DNA of 32,000 nucleotides. Origin: Erysipelotrichaceae bacterium (GTDB taxonomy: Bacteria; Bacillota_I; Bacilli_A; Erysipelotrichales; Erysipelotrichaceae). The notes beneath the pieces were generated by a model. It worked only from the letters and a program-made list of their open reading frames with translations. It was not told the DNA's origin and did no database searches. The translations under genes and the position numbers were made by a program. This document shows, piece after piece, positions 17,613 through 26,979 of this stretch. Position 1 is the first letter of the stretch. Each line of letters opens with the position of its first letter. The stretch is taken from positions 60,001-92,000 of the forward strand of contig JAUVVC010000001.1 in NCBI GenBank assembly GCA_030604855.1. The letters are read 5' to 3'.

Positions 17613-18652
17613 CAAACGTCTAATATGTGATAGCCAACCGCTTTCTTCAAGCGATTCATGAGGGCCAAGCCCAATTCTTCTTCCTCAAAGGCTTCGGTGA
17701 TGACATAGTCCAAATTGAGTGTGTCACATGTACGCAAGATGGTGAAGAGTTGTGAAGCCATGAAAGCAGGATTTGAAAGAGATCCCAGGGATAGACACAT
17801 CAAACCTGGATAATCTTGGATATGCTCATCCGCACAGATGATTCCACATTTCAAATGTTTATGTTCATCCATCAGTTGGATGATTTTTTTTACGACCTGT
17901 TGATGATCGCCACGAACCATGAGCATTTCTGCTTGAGGGGCGTAATGGGTGTATTTCATGCCAGGTGAACGGGGTGTGTCGACATTGTGATGAACCTGAG
18001 GATCGATGGATACGGAGGGTAAAACGCTTTGGAGTTGAGATAAGGTGACACCACCGGGTCTTAAAATAAGCGGGGGATTCTGCGTCATGTCCAAGACGGT
18101 GGATTCCAAACCAATGCGACTGTGTTCTGCCGCAATGATCACATCCACACGTCCTTGCATGTCATCGATGACATGTTGGGCGCTCGTGGGACTGGGTTTG
18201 CCGGAACGATTCGCGCTTGGAGCGGCGATGGGAGTGTTCGCAAGTTCAATGAGCTTCAAGGCGATGGGATGATCGGGCATCCGTATGCCGACCGTGTTCA
18301 AACCTGCGCTGACATTCTGGGGGATCAAATCCGATTTCTCTAGGATCAAGGTTAAAGGACCTGGCCAAAAAGCGTGCATCAAAGCAAGCGCATCCTCGGG
18401 AATCCGTTTGACACATTGCTCGACCATAGTCATATTGGACACATGGACAATCAAGGGATTGTCTTGAGGACGCCCTTTTGCAATGAAGATTTGATCAACT
18501 GCCTTACTGTTCAAAGCATTCGCACCCAACCCATAGACGGTTTCTGTGGGAAGAATGACGGTCTTGTTGGATCGGATCGCATCTGCGGCTTTTAATAAAA
18601 GCGTTTCATCGATGTTTGTTTCGTGGATGTGGAGAATCATAGTGTCTTTCAT
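17612..18652 (-). CDS. tsaC: L-threonylcarbamoyladenylate synthase (Sua5/YwlC type, YrdC domain plus Sua5 C-terminal domain)
   Basis: Motifs PTETVYGLGANA, KGRPQDNPLIVH, PSANRSGKPSPT and a ~130-aa C-terminal domain. Length 346 aa. Confidence 0.88.
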   Translation of the reverse strand: MKDTMILHIHETNIDETLLLKAADAIRSNKTVILPTETVYGLGANALNSKAVDQIFIAKGRPQDNPLIVHVSNMTMVEQCVKRIPEDALALMHAFWPGPLTLILEKSDLIPQNVSAGLNTVGIRMPDHPIALKLIELANTPIAAPSANRSGKPSPTSAQHVIDDMQGRVDVIIAAEHSRIGLESTVLDMTQNPPLILRPGGVTLSQLQSVLPSVSIDPQVHHNVDTPRSPGMKYTHYAPQAEMLMVRGDHQQVVKKIIQLMDEHKHLKCGIICADEHIQDYPGLMCLSLGSLSNPAFMASQLFTILRTCDTLNLDYVITEAFEEEELGLALMNRLKKAVGYHILDV

Positions 18653-18743
18653 ATTGGTATCATTCTATCTTAAAAAGCGCTCATTGCCAAATAAACATGC
18701 AGAATCAAAGAATGTCCATGATACAATCATACTAACAAAATGA

Positions 18744-20216
<1,473 letters not shown>

Positions 20217-20219
20217 TTA

Positions 20220-20241
20220 AAAGGGCGCACATGCGTCCTTT
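20220..20241. terminator. hairpin between the convergent GH1 and ypfJ-like genes
   Basis: AAAGGGCG-caca(t)-TGCGTCCTTT (9 bp including one G-U pair). On the minus strand it is followed by TTTTAATT. It overlaps the stop of the minus-strand gene. Confidence 0.5.
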
Positions 20242-21082
20242 AGTTTGTATTGAATAAGGTTTGGACATTGAAGCTGTCCCACTCTTCCAGATCACCAGCC
20301 ATGAATCCTTTTCTGAACCAACGTTGACGTTGTTCAGAGGTCCCATGTGTGAAATTATCGGGTGTGACACGACCCGTGGCTTGTTGCTGGATGCGATCAT
20401 CTCCGACAGCCGCAGCCGCATTCAAAGCTTCTTCGATATCCCCATCCTCCAAGTAACCCATGCCTTGGACATGATTGGCCCAAACACCAGCGAGATAATC
20501 CGCTTGGAGTTCCAAACGGACATTGAGTTCATTGGCTTGGGTTTGCGTCAAGCCTTGTTTGGCTTTTTGGACATCTTCCAAGACGCCGGTCAAATGTTGG
20601 ACATGATGACCGATCTCATGCGCAATGACATAGGCCATCGCAAAGTCACCGGATGCCCCAAGTTTGGTCCGCATCGTGGTGAAGAAACTGAGGTCGATGT
20701 AAATGCTTTGATCCAAGGAACAATAAAACGGTCCCACTTGTGCATTGGCATAGCCACAACCCGAATCTGTCCCATCACGGTAAAGAATCATTTTAGCAGG
20801 CTGATACGTCATGCCATAGTCTTGAAAGACCTTTGTCCAGACATCTTCGGTATCCTTTAAGACGACGGAAGCGAAATCCCCAAGGGCTTGTTCCTCAGCG
20901 GTGAGTGCTTGATTATTTGTGGTGCCACCACCTAAAAGGTTGCCGATGAGCATGCTGGGATCTCCGGTCAATAAGGTGTATGCGATCAACACAACAATCC
21001 CGATCCCACCGATCGCGGCCTTACCACCCGTTGTTCGTCTGTCTAAGACATTACGACTTCCACTGCGTCCTTGCCATTTCAT
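20240..21082 (-). CDS. YpfJ-family putative neutral zinc metallopeptidase (membrane-anchored)
   Basis: N-terminal basic stretch plus a TM segment (AAIGGIGIVVLIAYTLL), and the zincin motif AHEIGHHVQ. The overall pattern matches the YpfJ/Zn_peptidase family. Confidence 0.8.
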   Translation of the reverse strand: MKWQGRSGSRNVLDRRTTGGKAAIGGIGIVVLIAYTLLTGDPSMLIGNLLGGGTTNNQALTAEEQALGDFASVVLKDTEDVWTKVFQDYGMTYQPAKMILYRDGTDSGCGYANAQVGPFYCSLDQSIYIDLSFFTTMRTKLGASGDFAMAYVIAHEIGHHVQHLTGVLEDVQKAKQGLTQTQANELNVRLELQADYLAGVWANHVQGMGYLEDGDIEEALNAAAAVGDDRIQQQATGRVTPDNFTHGTSEQRQRWFRKGFMAGDLEEWDSFNVQTLFNTN

Positions 21083-21099
21083 GGTTCTGTTCCTTTTGC

Positions 21100-21128
21100 T
21101 TGTGTCCTCACTCTATATTAATTATAAT
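21100..21128 (+). promoter_or_regulatory. candidate promoter TTGTGT-N17-TATAAT placed 6 nt before an ATG (leaderless configuration)
   Basis: The -35 is at 21100-21105 and the -10 at 21123-21128. The ATG at 21135 is the 7th nt after the -10 hexamer, and no SD sequence lies between them. Confidence 0.45.
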
Positions 21129-21134
21129 ACGTTT

Positions 21135-21470
21135 ATGTTACTCATTCAAAACCAAGCGTTTGATCCACGGTTAAGCGATCCTGCCATCATTAAGCAAAAC
21201 ATCGACCAACTTATCGGAACCAAAGTGATCCGTGTGGAGTGGTTTGATTTCAGTTTGACTCAAGCGGACGCATTGAAGTATTATCTCCCAATGATTCAGT
21301 ATGCTCAAGAACGAGGTTTTGATGTCACTTGCTACATGCCGGTTGATATGTCGAAACACTTGGTCCGCTATAAACATTTGATGTTTGTGGATCCCTTGTT
21401 CTTACGTAAATTCAAGTTCAAGTCCATTGAGTTCAAACTGCCAGTAGAACGTCCGGATCTCATGCGCTGA
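21135..21470 (+). CDS. hypothetical protein (111 aa)
   Basis: This is the 3' two-thirds of track ORF 20919..21470, which does not overlap the ypfJ-like gene. A strong terminator follows it. I recognise no family. Confidence 0.45.
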   Translation: MLLIQNQAFDPRLSDPAIIKQNIDQLIGTKVIRVEWFDFSLTQADALKYYLPMIQYAQERGFDVTCYMPVDMSKHLVRYKHLMFVDPLFLRKFKFKSIEFKLPVERPDLMR

Positions 21471-21490
21471 CCCATCTTCGGATGGGTTTT
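21470..21490. terminator. rho-independent terminator ACCCATC-ttcg-GATGGGT plus TTTT
   Basis: Perfect 7-bp GC-rich stem with a TTCG tetraloop and a T-run. It sits between the convergent genes. Confidence 0.8.
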
Positions 21491-22302
21491 TAAATGCTTA
21501 TTTGTGATCCGACCTCAAAATAGTCAACTTGATCCTGCATGCGTTCTTTTAAGATTTGATACGGGCGCAGACCCGTACAGTGTCCGGTATGATACTGTGC
21601 TCCAGTGACGATCAGATGATGAGCGATTTTTTGGATGACTTCAGGGTCTTCAATCGTATCCAGGGTCAAGTTATAGAAATGAAAGCCACCGAAGACATGG
21701 GTGATGGGCTTCGTCAATTGTGCTTGGATCTGTTCAACGATATTTACGATGCCATTGTGTGCGCATCCCGCCATGAGGATACAGTGCTTATTTTCATGGA
21801 TGATCAGGTTCTGTTCATGGTTAAAGGCATCGAGTTTGTCTTCCTCCAACAAGACGGAGTTGCCTGAGGGCACGAATGAACGTTGTAGGATATTGCCATA
21901 TAGAACGAGACTCTCATCGATGATAAAAGGAAAATTGTCCACCAGTACCACTTGCGGGTGATGCTTGTACATCGGGTCGATGCCAATCGGCTTCAACTGA
22001 TCCGCTTTGATGGAATAGTGTGGATTGAATGCTTCGTGGTGAATGTACACCTTGGCTTTTGCGTTTAGCTCAAAGAATGTCTTAAGTCCACCTCCATGGT
22101 CATAATGACCATGCGATAGGACGACGGTATCGACGGATCCCAGATCGACCTTCAGAACCTGTGCATTTCGTGCAAAAAGATCCGTGTGCCCAAGATCGAA
22201 CAAGAGATGATGGTTCTGGGTTTCAATGTAGGTACTGAGCCCATGTTCACTGCCAAGATTGGCTATGTTGGATGTGTTGTCCACAAGATTGATGATTTTC
22301 AT
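21490..22302 (-). CDS. MBL-fold metallo-hydrolase
   Basis: The metal-binding motif VLSHGHYDHGGG (HxHxDH) and later His/Asp residues (AGCAHNG, TGHCTG) are present. Confidence 0.75.
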   Translation of the reverse strand: MKIINLVDNTSNIANLGSEHGLSTYIETQNHHLLFDLGHTDLFARNAQVLKVDLGSVDTVVLSHGHYDHGGGLKTFFELNAKAKVYIHHEAFNPHYSIKADQLKPIGIDPMYKHHPQVVLVDNFPFIIDESLVLYGNILQRSFVPSGNSVLLEEDKLDAFNHEQNLIIHENKHCILMAGCAHNGIVNIVEQIQAQLTKPITHVFGGFHFYNLTLDTIEDPEVIQKIAHHLIVTGAQYHTGHCTGLRPYQILKERMQDQVDYFEVGSQISI

Positions 22303-22422
22303 AATTGGTGTCCCTATTTACATTATAGACGCTATTCTTGATAAAAATTGATGAATGCGTATTTAGTACTTTAAGATAAACAAAGCTATGGCATAATAAT
22401 ATTAAAGGTTAGGGGTAAGTGA

Positions 22423-23049
22423 ATGAAAGCCACCCGATGCAAACGCTGTGGGGTATGGGTGTATGATGGTTCGCCTATGTGTCCAGCTTGTATGAGCCGC
22501 CACTATGAAGTCTACTATAATATGAAGATGGATTTTGAGGATGAACAGAAGCTTCAATTTGAAGAACCAAAGCGAACTCCGTGGTTACCTGTTGTCCTCA
22601 TTATGGTGTTGTTTGTCGGAATAGGATTGGGATTTTTAACCCTCAATCGGGGTAAGAATGCTTTGGATTTTGATAGTTTTCCCGAAAATGGGCAAGTTTA
22701 TGTTTATGATACGTTAAAATTCGAACGTCGAGATCCGTGTCCAATAAAGATTTTCAGTGATCGTGATCAACCATCGTATATTGAATGGATCGACTTAAGT
22801 GATGAAGCGGTTGTCTATTCCGTATTTTTACATCCCAACACGAATTATGCGTTCTATCTTCCAGAAGGATCGTATCGAGTGCATATTTTGACGGGTAAAA
22901 AATGGGAGAACATTCAAGCATTCTTTGGGAATACAACTGAAGTCTATTTCAAACAGGATGCTTTGTCTCTGGTATATCCATATCCCACGAGCCTAGATTT
23001 AAGTCTAGATCAAGCCGATATCCAGAAAATTCAAGACGTCCGTTTCTAA
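22423..23049 (+). CDS. zinc-ribbon / single-pass membrane protein of unknown function
   Basis: N-terminal CxxC..CxxC (CKRCGVWVYDGSPMCPAC), one TM segment (WLPVVLIMVLFVGIGLGFLTL) and a ~130-aa beta-rich extracytoplasmic domain. Confidence 0.55.
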   Translation: MKATRCKRCGVWVYDGSPMCPACMSRHYEVYYNMKMDFEDEQKLQFEEPKRTPWLPVVLIMVLFVGIGLGFLTLNRGKNALDFDSFPENGQVYVYDTLKFERRDPCPIKIFSDRDQPSYIEWIDLSDEAVVYSVFLHPNTNYAFYLPEGSYRVHILTGKKWENIQAFFGNTTEVYFKQDALSLVYPYPTSLDLSLDQADIQKIQDVRF

Positions 23050-23082
23050 TTAGGTTTATACTTTAATTAACAAGGAGTCGAT

Positions 23083-23976
23083 ATGAAAACAGTCCAACGA
23101 CTAAAAGAAACGTTTACGACGGGACGTTTGGAAATGTTCGATGCGTCCAGCAAATATGTCATCGTAAGTGATTGTCATCGGGGGAATGGGAATCAATCGG
23201 ATGAGTTCACCAAGAATCAGAATACCTTTCAACACGCTTTGAATCATTACTATAAAGAGGGTTTCACCTTGATTGAAGCAGGTGATGGGAATGAGCTTTG
23301 GGAACATCCTCGGATTAAAGACATCAAGAATGCTCATTTTGAGACCTTTGAAATCATTAAGAAGTTTCATAAGGATAATCGATTCATTCTGTTGTATGGG
23401 AATCATGACATCTATTTGAAAGATCAAGATTATGTGGAAGAAAACTTGTATCGTCATTTAAATGAACATACACAGGAATGGGTTCCTTTCTTACCCGATA
23501 TCAAGCCAATCGAGGGCTTGGTGCTCAAACATAAGACAACAGGCCAAAACATCTTCGTGGTTCATGGTCATCAAGGGGATTTTCCCAATGATCAGGGTTG
23601 GTTCTTCAGCATGCTTTCATTAAAATACTTTTGGAGACATCTCCATGCCTTGGGTTTTCAAAATCCAGCGAGTCCGGTGAAGAACGCGTATAAACGGCAT
23701 AAGATCGAAAAGAACTACGCGAGTTGGATTGAGAAATATCGTGTCATGCTTATCTGTGGTCATACCCATCGCTTGAAATATCCACGCAATGGGGATCTGC
23801 CGTACTTCAATACCGGGTGTTGCATCTACTCGACCAGCATGACGGCGATTGAAATTGAAAACGATCATGTGACGATGGTGCGTTGGAAGATTCAACCTGA
23901 TGATCAAGGTCTGCTTAAGATCTCAAGAAACATCATTCATGGACCCGATCCAGTAGCGAAATATGACATGCGTTGA
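23083..23976 (+). CDS. calcineurin-like metallophosphoesterase
   Basis: All five MPE blocks are visible: SDCHRG, AGDGNE, YGNHD, VVHGHQGD and CGHTH. AAGGAG RBS. Confidence 0.75.
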   Translation: MKTVQRLKETFTTGRLEMFDASSKYVIVSDCHRGNGNQSDEFTKNQNTFQHALNHYYKEGFTLIEAGDGNELWEHPRIKDIKNAHFETFEIIKKFHKDNRFILLYGNHDIYLKDQDYVEENLYRHLNEHTQEWVPFLPDIKPIEGLVLKHKTTGQNIFVVHGHQGDFPNDQGWFFSMLSLKYFWRHLHALGFQNPASPVKNAYKRHKIEKNYASWIEKYRVMLICGHTHRLKYPRNGDLPYFNTGCCIYSTSMTAIEIENDHVTMVRWKIQPDDQGLLKISRNIIHGPDPVAKYDMR

Positions 23977-23986
23977 AAGGAAAGAC

Positions 23987-24946
23987 ATGCGAAAATTTAT
24001 CATTGATACCGATACAGGAAGTGATGATGCTATTGCCTTATTGATGGCGTTGGCAGACAAAGAGATTGAAGTTTTGGCATTGACCACGGTTTTTGGGAAT
24101 GTATGTCTCAAACAGGCGACACGCAATGCACTCATCAGTTGTGAATTCGCAGGTGTGAACATTCCGGTTTATCCAGGGATGGATCGACCTTTGGTTCGTG
24201 AGCGCATTGAAGCGATCCATGTGCATGGCAGTGATGGCTTAGGGGATGCGGGCATCTTGGATCCCAAACTGAAGGCTCAGTCGAAACATGCGGTTTCCGC
24301 ATTGATCGACCTTATCTCTGAACATGACGATGTCGAGCTCATTACCTTGGGACCTTTAACCAATGTGGCTCTGGCGATGCGTAAGGCACCGGAGGTTCTC
24401 AAATGTTTAAAGAAGATCACATGCATGGGTGGCGCACAATTGGGCTATGCGGCAGAAACGGAAGTAGCGGAGTTCAATATCTTAGCGGATCCGGAAGCCG
24501 CGAAAATCGTCTTTGAATTCGGTGTGCCCTTGGTCATGGTTCCTTTGGAAGTCTGCTTGAATGGGGATGGACGTGAAGGGGCTGAAACAATTTTGAATGA
24601 AAATGATTTGATGTCGATTCAAGCCATCGATACCTTGAAGTCTGATTTTTTATTAAAAATATCATCCTCTTTATTGAAGTTCCATGAAATCTATTACGGG
24701 GATGTGGGTCTTGAGCTCCCCGATCCCTGTGCCGTAGCTGTTGCACTTCGACCGGATTTGATTCTGCATGCGTACACAGCCAATGTGTCGGTGGACATTT
24801 CAGGATCCTTGTCCTATGGTCAAACGGTGGTGAACACCAAGGGTGGAACCGTACTTGAAGATCAGATCTATGTCGCCAATGTGACGATCGTATCCGCCTT
24901 GGATGGCAGAGGTTTTAAAAGCATGATTGAGGAGGCCGTTCGATGA
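23987..24946 (+). CDS. nucleoside hydrolase (IUNH family), paralogue 1
   Basis: N-terminal fingerprint IIDTDTGSDDAIAL, plus HVHGSDGLGD, GPLTNVA and VAEFNILADPEAA. The start is set at MRKFII after the AAGGAAAG RBS. Confidence 0.85.
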   Translation: MRKFIIDTDTGSDDAIALLMALADKEIEVLALTTVFGNVCLKQATRNALISCEFAGVNIPVYPGMDRPLVRERIEAIHVHGSDGLGDAGILDPKLKAQSKHAVSALIDLISEHDDVELITLGPLTNVALAMRKAPEVLKCLKKITCMGGAQLGYAAETEVAEFNILADPEAAKIVFEFGVPLVMVPLEVCLNGDGREGAETILNENDLMSIQAIDTLKSDFLLKISSSLLKFHEIYYGDVGLELPDPCAVAVALRPDLILHAYTANVSVDISGSLSYGQTVVNTKGGTVLEDQIYVANVTIVSALDGRGFKSMIEEAVR

Positions 24947-25872
24947 ATAAGCGTAAATACATCATAGATACCGATACCGCATCGGATGATGCGGTGGCCT
25001 TGGTCATGGCTTTGCGTTCAGACTTGGATATTTTGGCCATCACCTGTACCGCAGGTAATCTCTCTTTAGCGAAGACCACGCGCAATGCACGTTTGTCCTG
25101 TGTGTTTGCGGATACCTATGCACCACCGATTTATGCCGGTTCGGATCGACCTTTGGTCAAGACTTTGGTCGTGGGAGAGAATGTACATGGCAGTGATGGT
25201 TTGGGGGATATGTTTTATCCTGAACCGGATGTTCAACTTGAACAAGAGCATGCGGTGGATGCGATGCTTGAGATTGCACGGACACATAAGGATGTTGGTT
25301 TGATCACCTTGGGTCCTTTGACCAATGTGGCGATGGCCATTCTTTTGGATCCCATCGCCATGCGCAACATCACGCACATCATTGCGATGGGAGGTCAATA
25401 TCGTATGACCAATGGGTGTACCGCCAATGCCGAGTTCAACATCTGGGTGGATGGCGAGGCAGCGAAGATCGTGCTTGAAAGTGGAATTCCCATCACGATG
25501 GTTCCTTTGGATGTCTGTTATGGGGAAGCTGAAATCACAGCAGAAGATCGAGCCTATTTGAAAAGCTTAAAGAGTGCTCGGGGCGATTTCTTCGTGGACT
25601 GCAATCGTCATTTGTTGGCGTACAATCAACGGAGCTACAACAAAGACATCATCTCCATGCCCGATCCAACAGCCATGGCCGTTGCGATCGATCCCAGTAT
25701 CGTCACATCGTATGTCGATGTGTATACGCAGATCGAACTCAGAAGTCCTTTAAGTTATGGTCAATTGATCTATGATTTCTACAATCGACATAAAAAGGCA
25801 GCGAATGTTCGTTTGATTACGAAAATCGATGCCCAGAAGTTTAAGACACTTGTCTTTAAGACAGCGGAGTAA
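24943..25872 (+). CDS. nucleoside hydrolase (IUNH family), paralogue 2
   Basis: Motifs IIDTDTASDDAVAL, NVHGSDGLGD, GPLTNVA and NAEFNIWVDGEAA. Its start overlaps the upstream stop (ATGA). Confidence 0.85.
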   Translation: MNKRKYIIDTDTASDDAVALVMALRSDLDILAITCTAGNLSLAKTTRNARLSCVFADTYAPPIYAGSDRPLVKTLVVGENVHGSDGLGDMFYPEPDVQLEQEHAVDAMLEIARTHKDVGLITLGPLTNVAMAILLDPIAMRNITHIIAMGGQYRMTNGCTANAEFNIWVDGEAAKIVLESGIPITMVPLDVCYGEAEITAEDRAYLKSLKSARGDFFVDCNRHLLAYNQRSYNKDIISMPDPTAMAVAIDPSIVTSYVDVYTQIELRSPLSYGQLIYDFYNRHKKAANVRLITKIDAQKFKTLVFKTAE

Positions 25873-25876
25873 GAAA

Positions 25877-26284
25877 ATGATCGTACCCTTTATGAATTTT
25901 CACGGCCAATGTGAAGAAGCCGTTTTGTATTATCAATCCATTTTTAAGTTCAAAGATCCCTTCTTTCTGAAGTATGCGATGGCTTCGCCTGTGCTGTTCG
26001 CTATTCCAGAGGACTATGGGCATAAAGTCATGTTTACGGAGTTCACGATTGCACAACAGAAAGTCTTTGCCTGTGATGTGTATCCTGGAGTGATGAGTCA
26101 CAGGGGTCAAAGTGTCTCCTTGAATGTCATCCATGAATCGTTGGAAGACATTCAATGTTGGTTTGATGCCTTATCCAAAGATGGACAGATCGGCATGCCG
26201 ATTCAAGCGACGAACTGGGCACCCCAATATGGTTCGTGTACCGATAAGTTTGGAATTGTTTGGCATTTCAGCTGGAACCATTAA
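25877..26284 (+). CDS. PhnB-like / VOC (glyoxalase-fold) family protein
   Basis: The N-terminus MIVPFMNFHGQCEEAVLYYQSIF and the C-terminal DKFGIVWHF are typical of the PhnB / 3-demethylubiquinone-methyltransferase-like VOC domain. It starts 4 nt after the upstream stop. Confidence 0.65.
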   Translation: MIVPFMNFHGQCEEAVLYYQSIFKFKDPFFLKYAMASPVLFAIPEDYGHKVMFTEFTIAQQKVFACDVYPGVMSHRGQSVSLNVIHESLEDIQCWFDALSKDGQIGMPIQATNWAPQYGSCTDKFGIVWHFSWNH

Positions 26285-26289
26285 AAAAA

Positions 26290-26302
26290 AGGCTTACAGC
26301 CT
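26290..26302 (-). terminator. short hairpin plus long T-run terminating mntP
   Basis: On the minus strand, AGGCT-gta-AGCCT is followed by eight T and then AA. The stem is only 5 bp. Confidence 0.5.
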
Positions 26303-26861
26303 AGAATAGATGTCCAAATAGAATTCGAAACCCCATGAGGATCAATAAGATGCCTCCAATGAGTTCTGCCTTATGGTCCAACCATAGGGCACTTTTTTTA
26401 CCAATCAGAACACCTAAGGTGGACAGTGTGAAGGTGATGACGGCGATGACACTGGATGTGAATAGAATGTTTCCAGAGAGTACGGACAGGGAGATTCCAA
26501 TGGCCAAGGCATCGATGCTTGTGGCAATGCCCGAAGATAAGAGGGATCTGAGGGAGAGATGGGGATCGATCTCACAGACGATGGCTTCGTTCTTCAAGGC
26601 ATCGTGAACCATTTTAGATCCAATTCCCACTAGTAGGATCCAAGCGATCCAATGATCGATGTTCACAATCAAGTCCATGAATTGTTTACCAAGATGATAG
26701 CCACTCCAGGTCATGAAGCCTTGGAAAAAGCCGAAGGTCAAACCGATGATCAAGGCGGATCGGGTTTGATGATCTTTCATGCATAAGCCTTTGATGAGGG
26801 CGACGGCGAAGGCATCCATGGAGACGCCGAAACCGATGATGAGGATGCTGGTGATGTCCAT
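26301..26861 (-). CDS. mntP: manganese efflux pump MntP
   Basis: Two repeated halves carry the motifs GVSMDAFAVAL and ATSIDALAIGISL across six TM segments, about 186 aa. The start is set at MDITSIL after the GGAG RBS. Confidence 0.85.
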   Translation of the reverse strand: MDITSILIIGFGVSMDAFAVALIKGLCMKDHQTRSALIIGLTFGFFQGFMTWSGYHLGKQFMDLIVNIDHWIAWILLVGIGSKMVHDALKNEAIVCEIDPHLSLRSLLSSGIATSIDALAIGISLSVLSGNILFTSSVIAVITFTLSTLGVLIGKKSALWLDHKAELIGGILLILMGFRILFGHLF

Positions 26862-26886
26862 GGAGACTCCTTTATCAAATGTGTTT

Positions 26887-26915
26887 ATTTTATGATTGTT
26901 TAAAAACGAAGTCAA
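26887..26915 (-). promoter_or_regulatory. mntP promoter TTGACT-N17-TAAAAT
   Basis: On the minus strand the -35 is at 26915-26910 and the -10 at 26892-26887, with an exact 17-nt spacer. This leaves a leader of only about 20 nt. Confidence 0.6.
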
Positions 26916-26979
26916 GCCAATCTTCCGACTGGCGATACGGATGAAATCATTCTATAATGAAGACAAGTGCGGAGGACAT

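Noticed and set aside
20261-20860. 199-aa ORF antisense to the YpfJ-like peptidase gene
   Set aside because: Shadow ORF within a confidently assigned gene. It has no recognisable motifs or translation signals.
20919-21134. 5' third of track ORF 20919..21470, including an in-frame ATG at 21081 that shares a CATG with the ypfJ-like start
   Set aside because: This part is antisense to the peptidase N-terminus and has no promoter or RBS. A -35/-10 pair sits just before the ATG at 21135. I keep it as a low-probability alternative start.
25829-25876. N-terminal extension of the VOC-protein ORF overlapping the end of nucleoside hydrolase 2
   Set aside because: The MIVPFMNF start at 25877 matches the family's usual N-terminus. 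The extension is Arg/Ser-rich out-of-frame overlap.
26862-26979. Searched for a yybP-ykoY riboswitch in the mntP leader, the usual location
   Set aside because: No GGGAGTAG or GTCAA cores occur on the minus strand. The promoter I can see leaves only about 20 nt of leader. The track's long N-terminal extensions of both divergent ORFs (26862-26915 and 26896-26979) are therefore also rejected.
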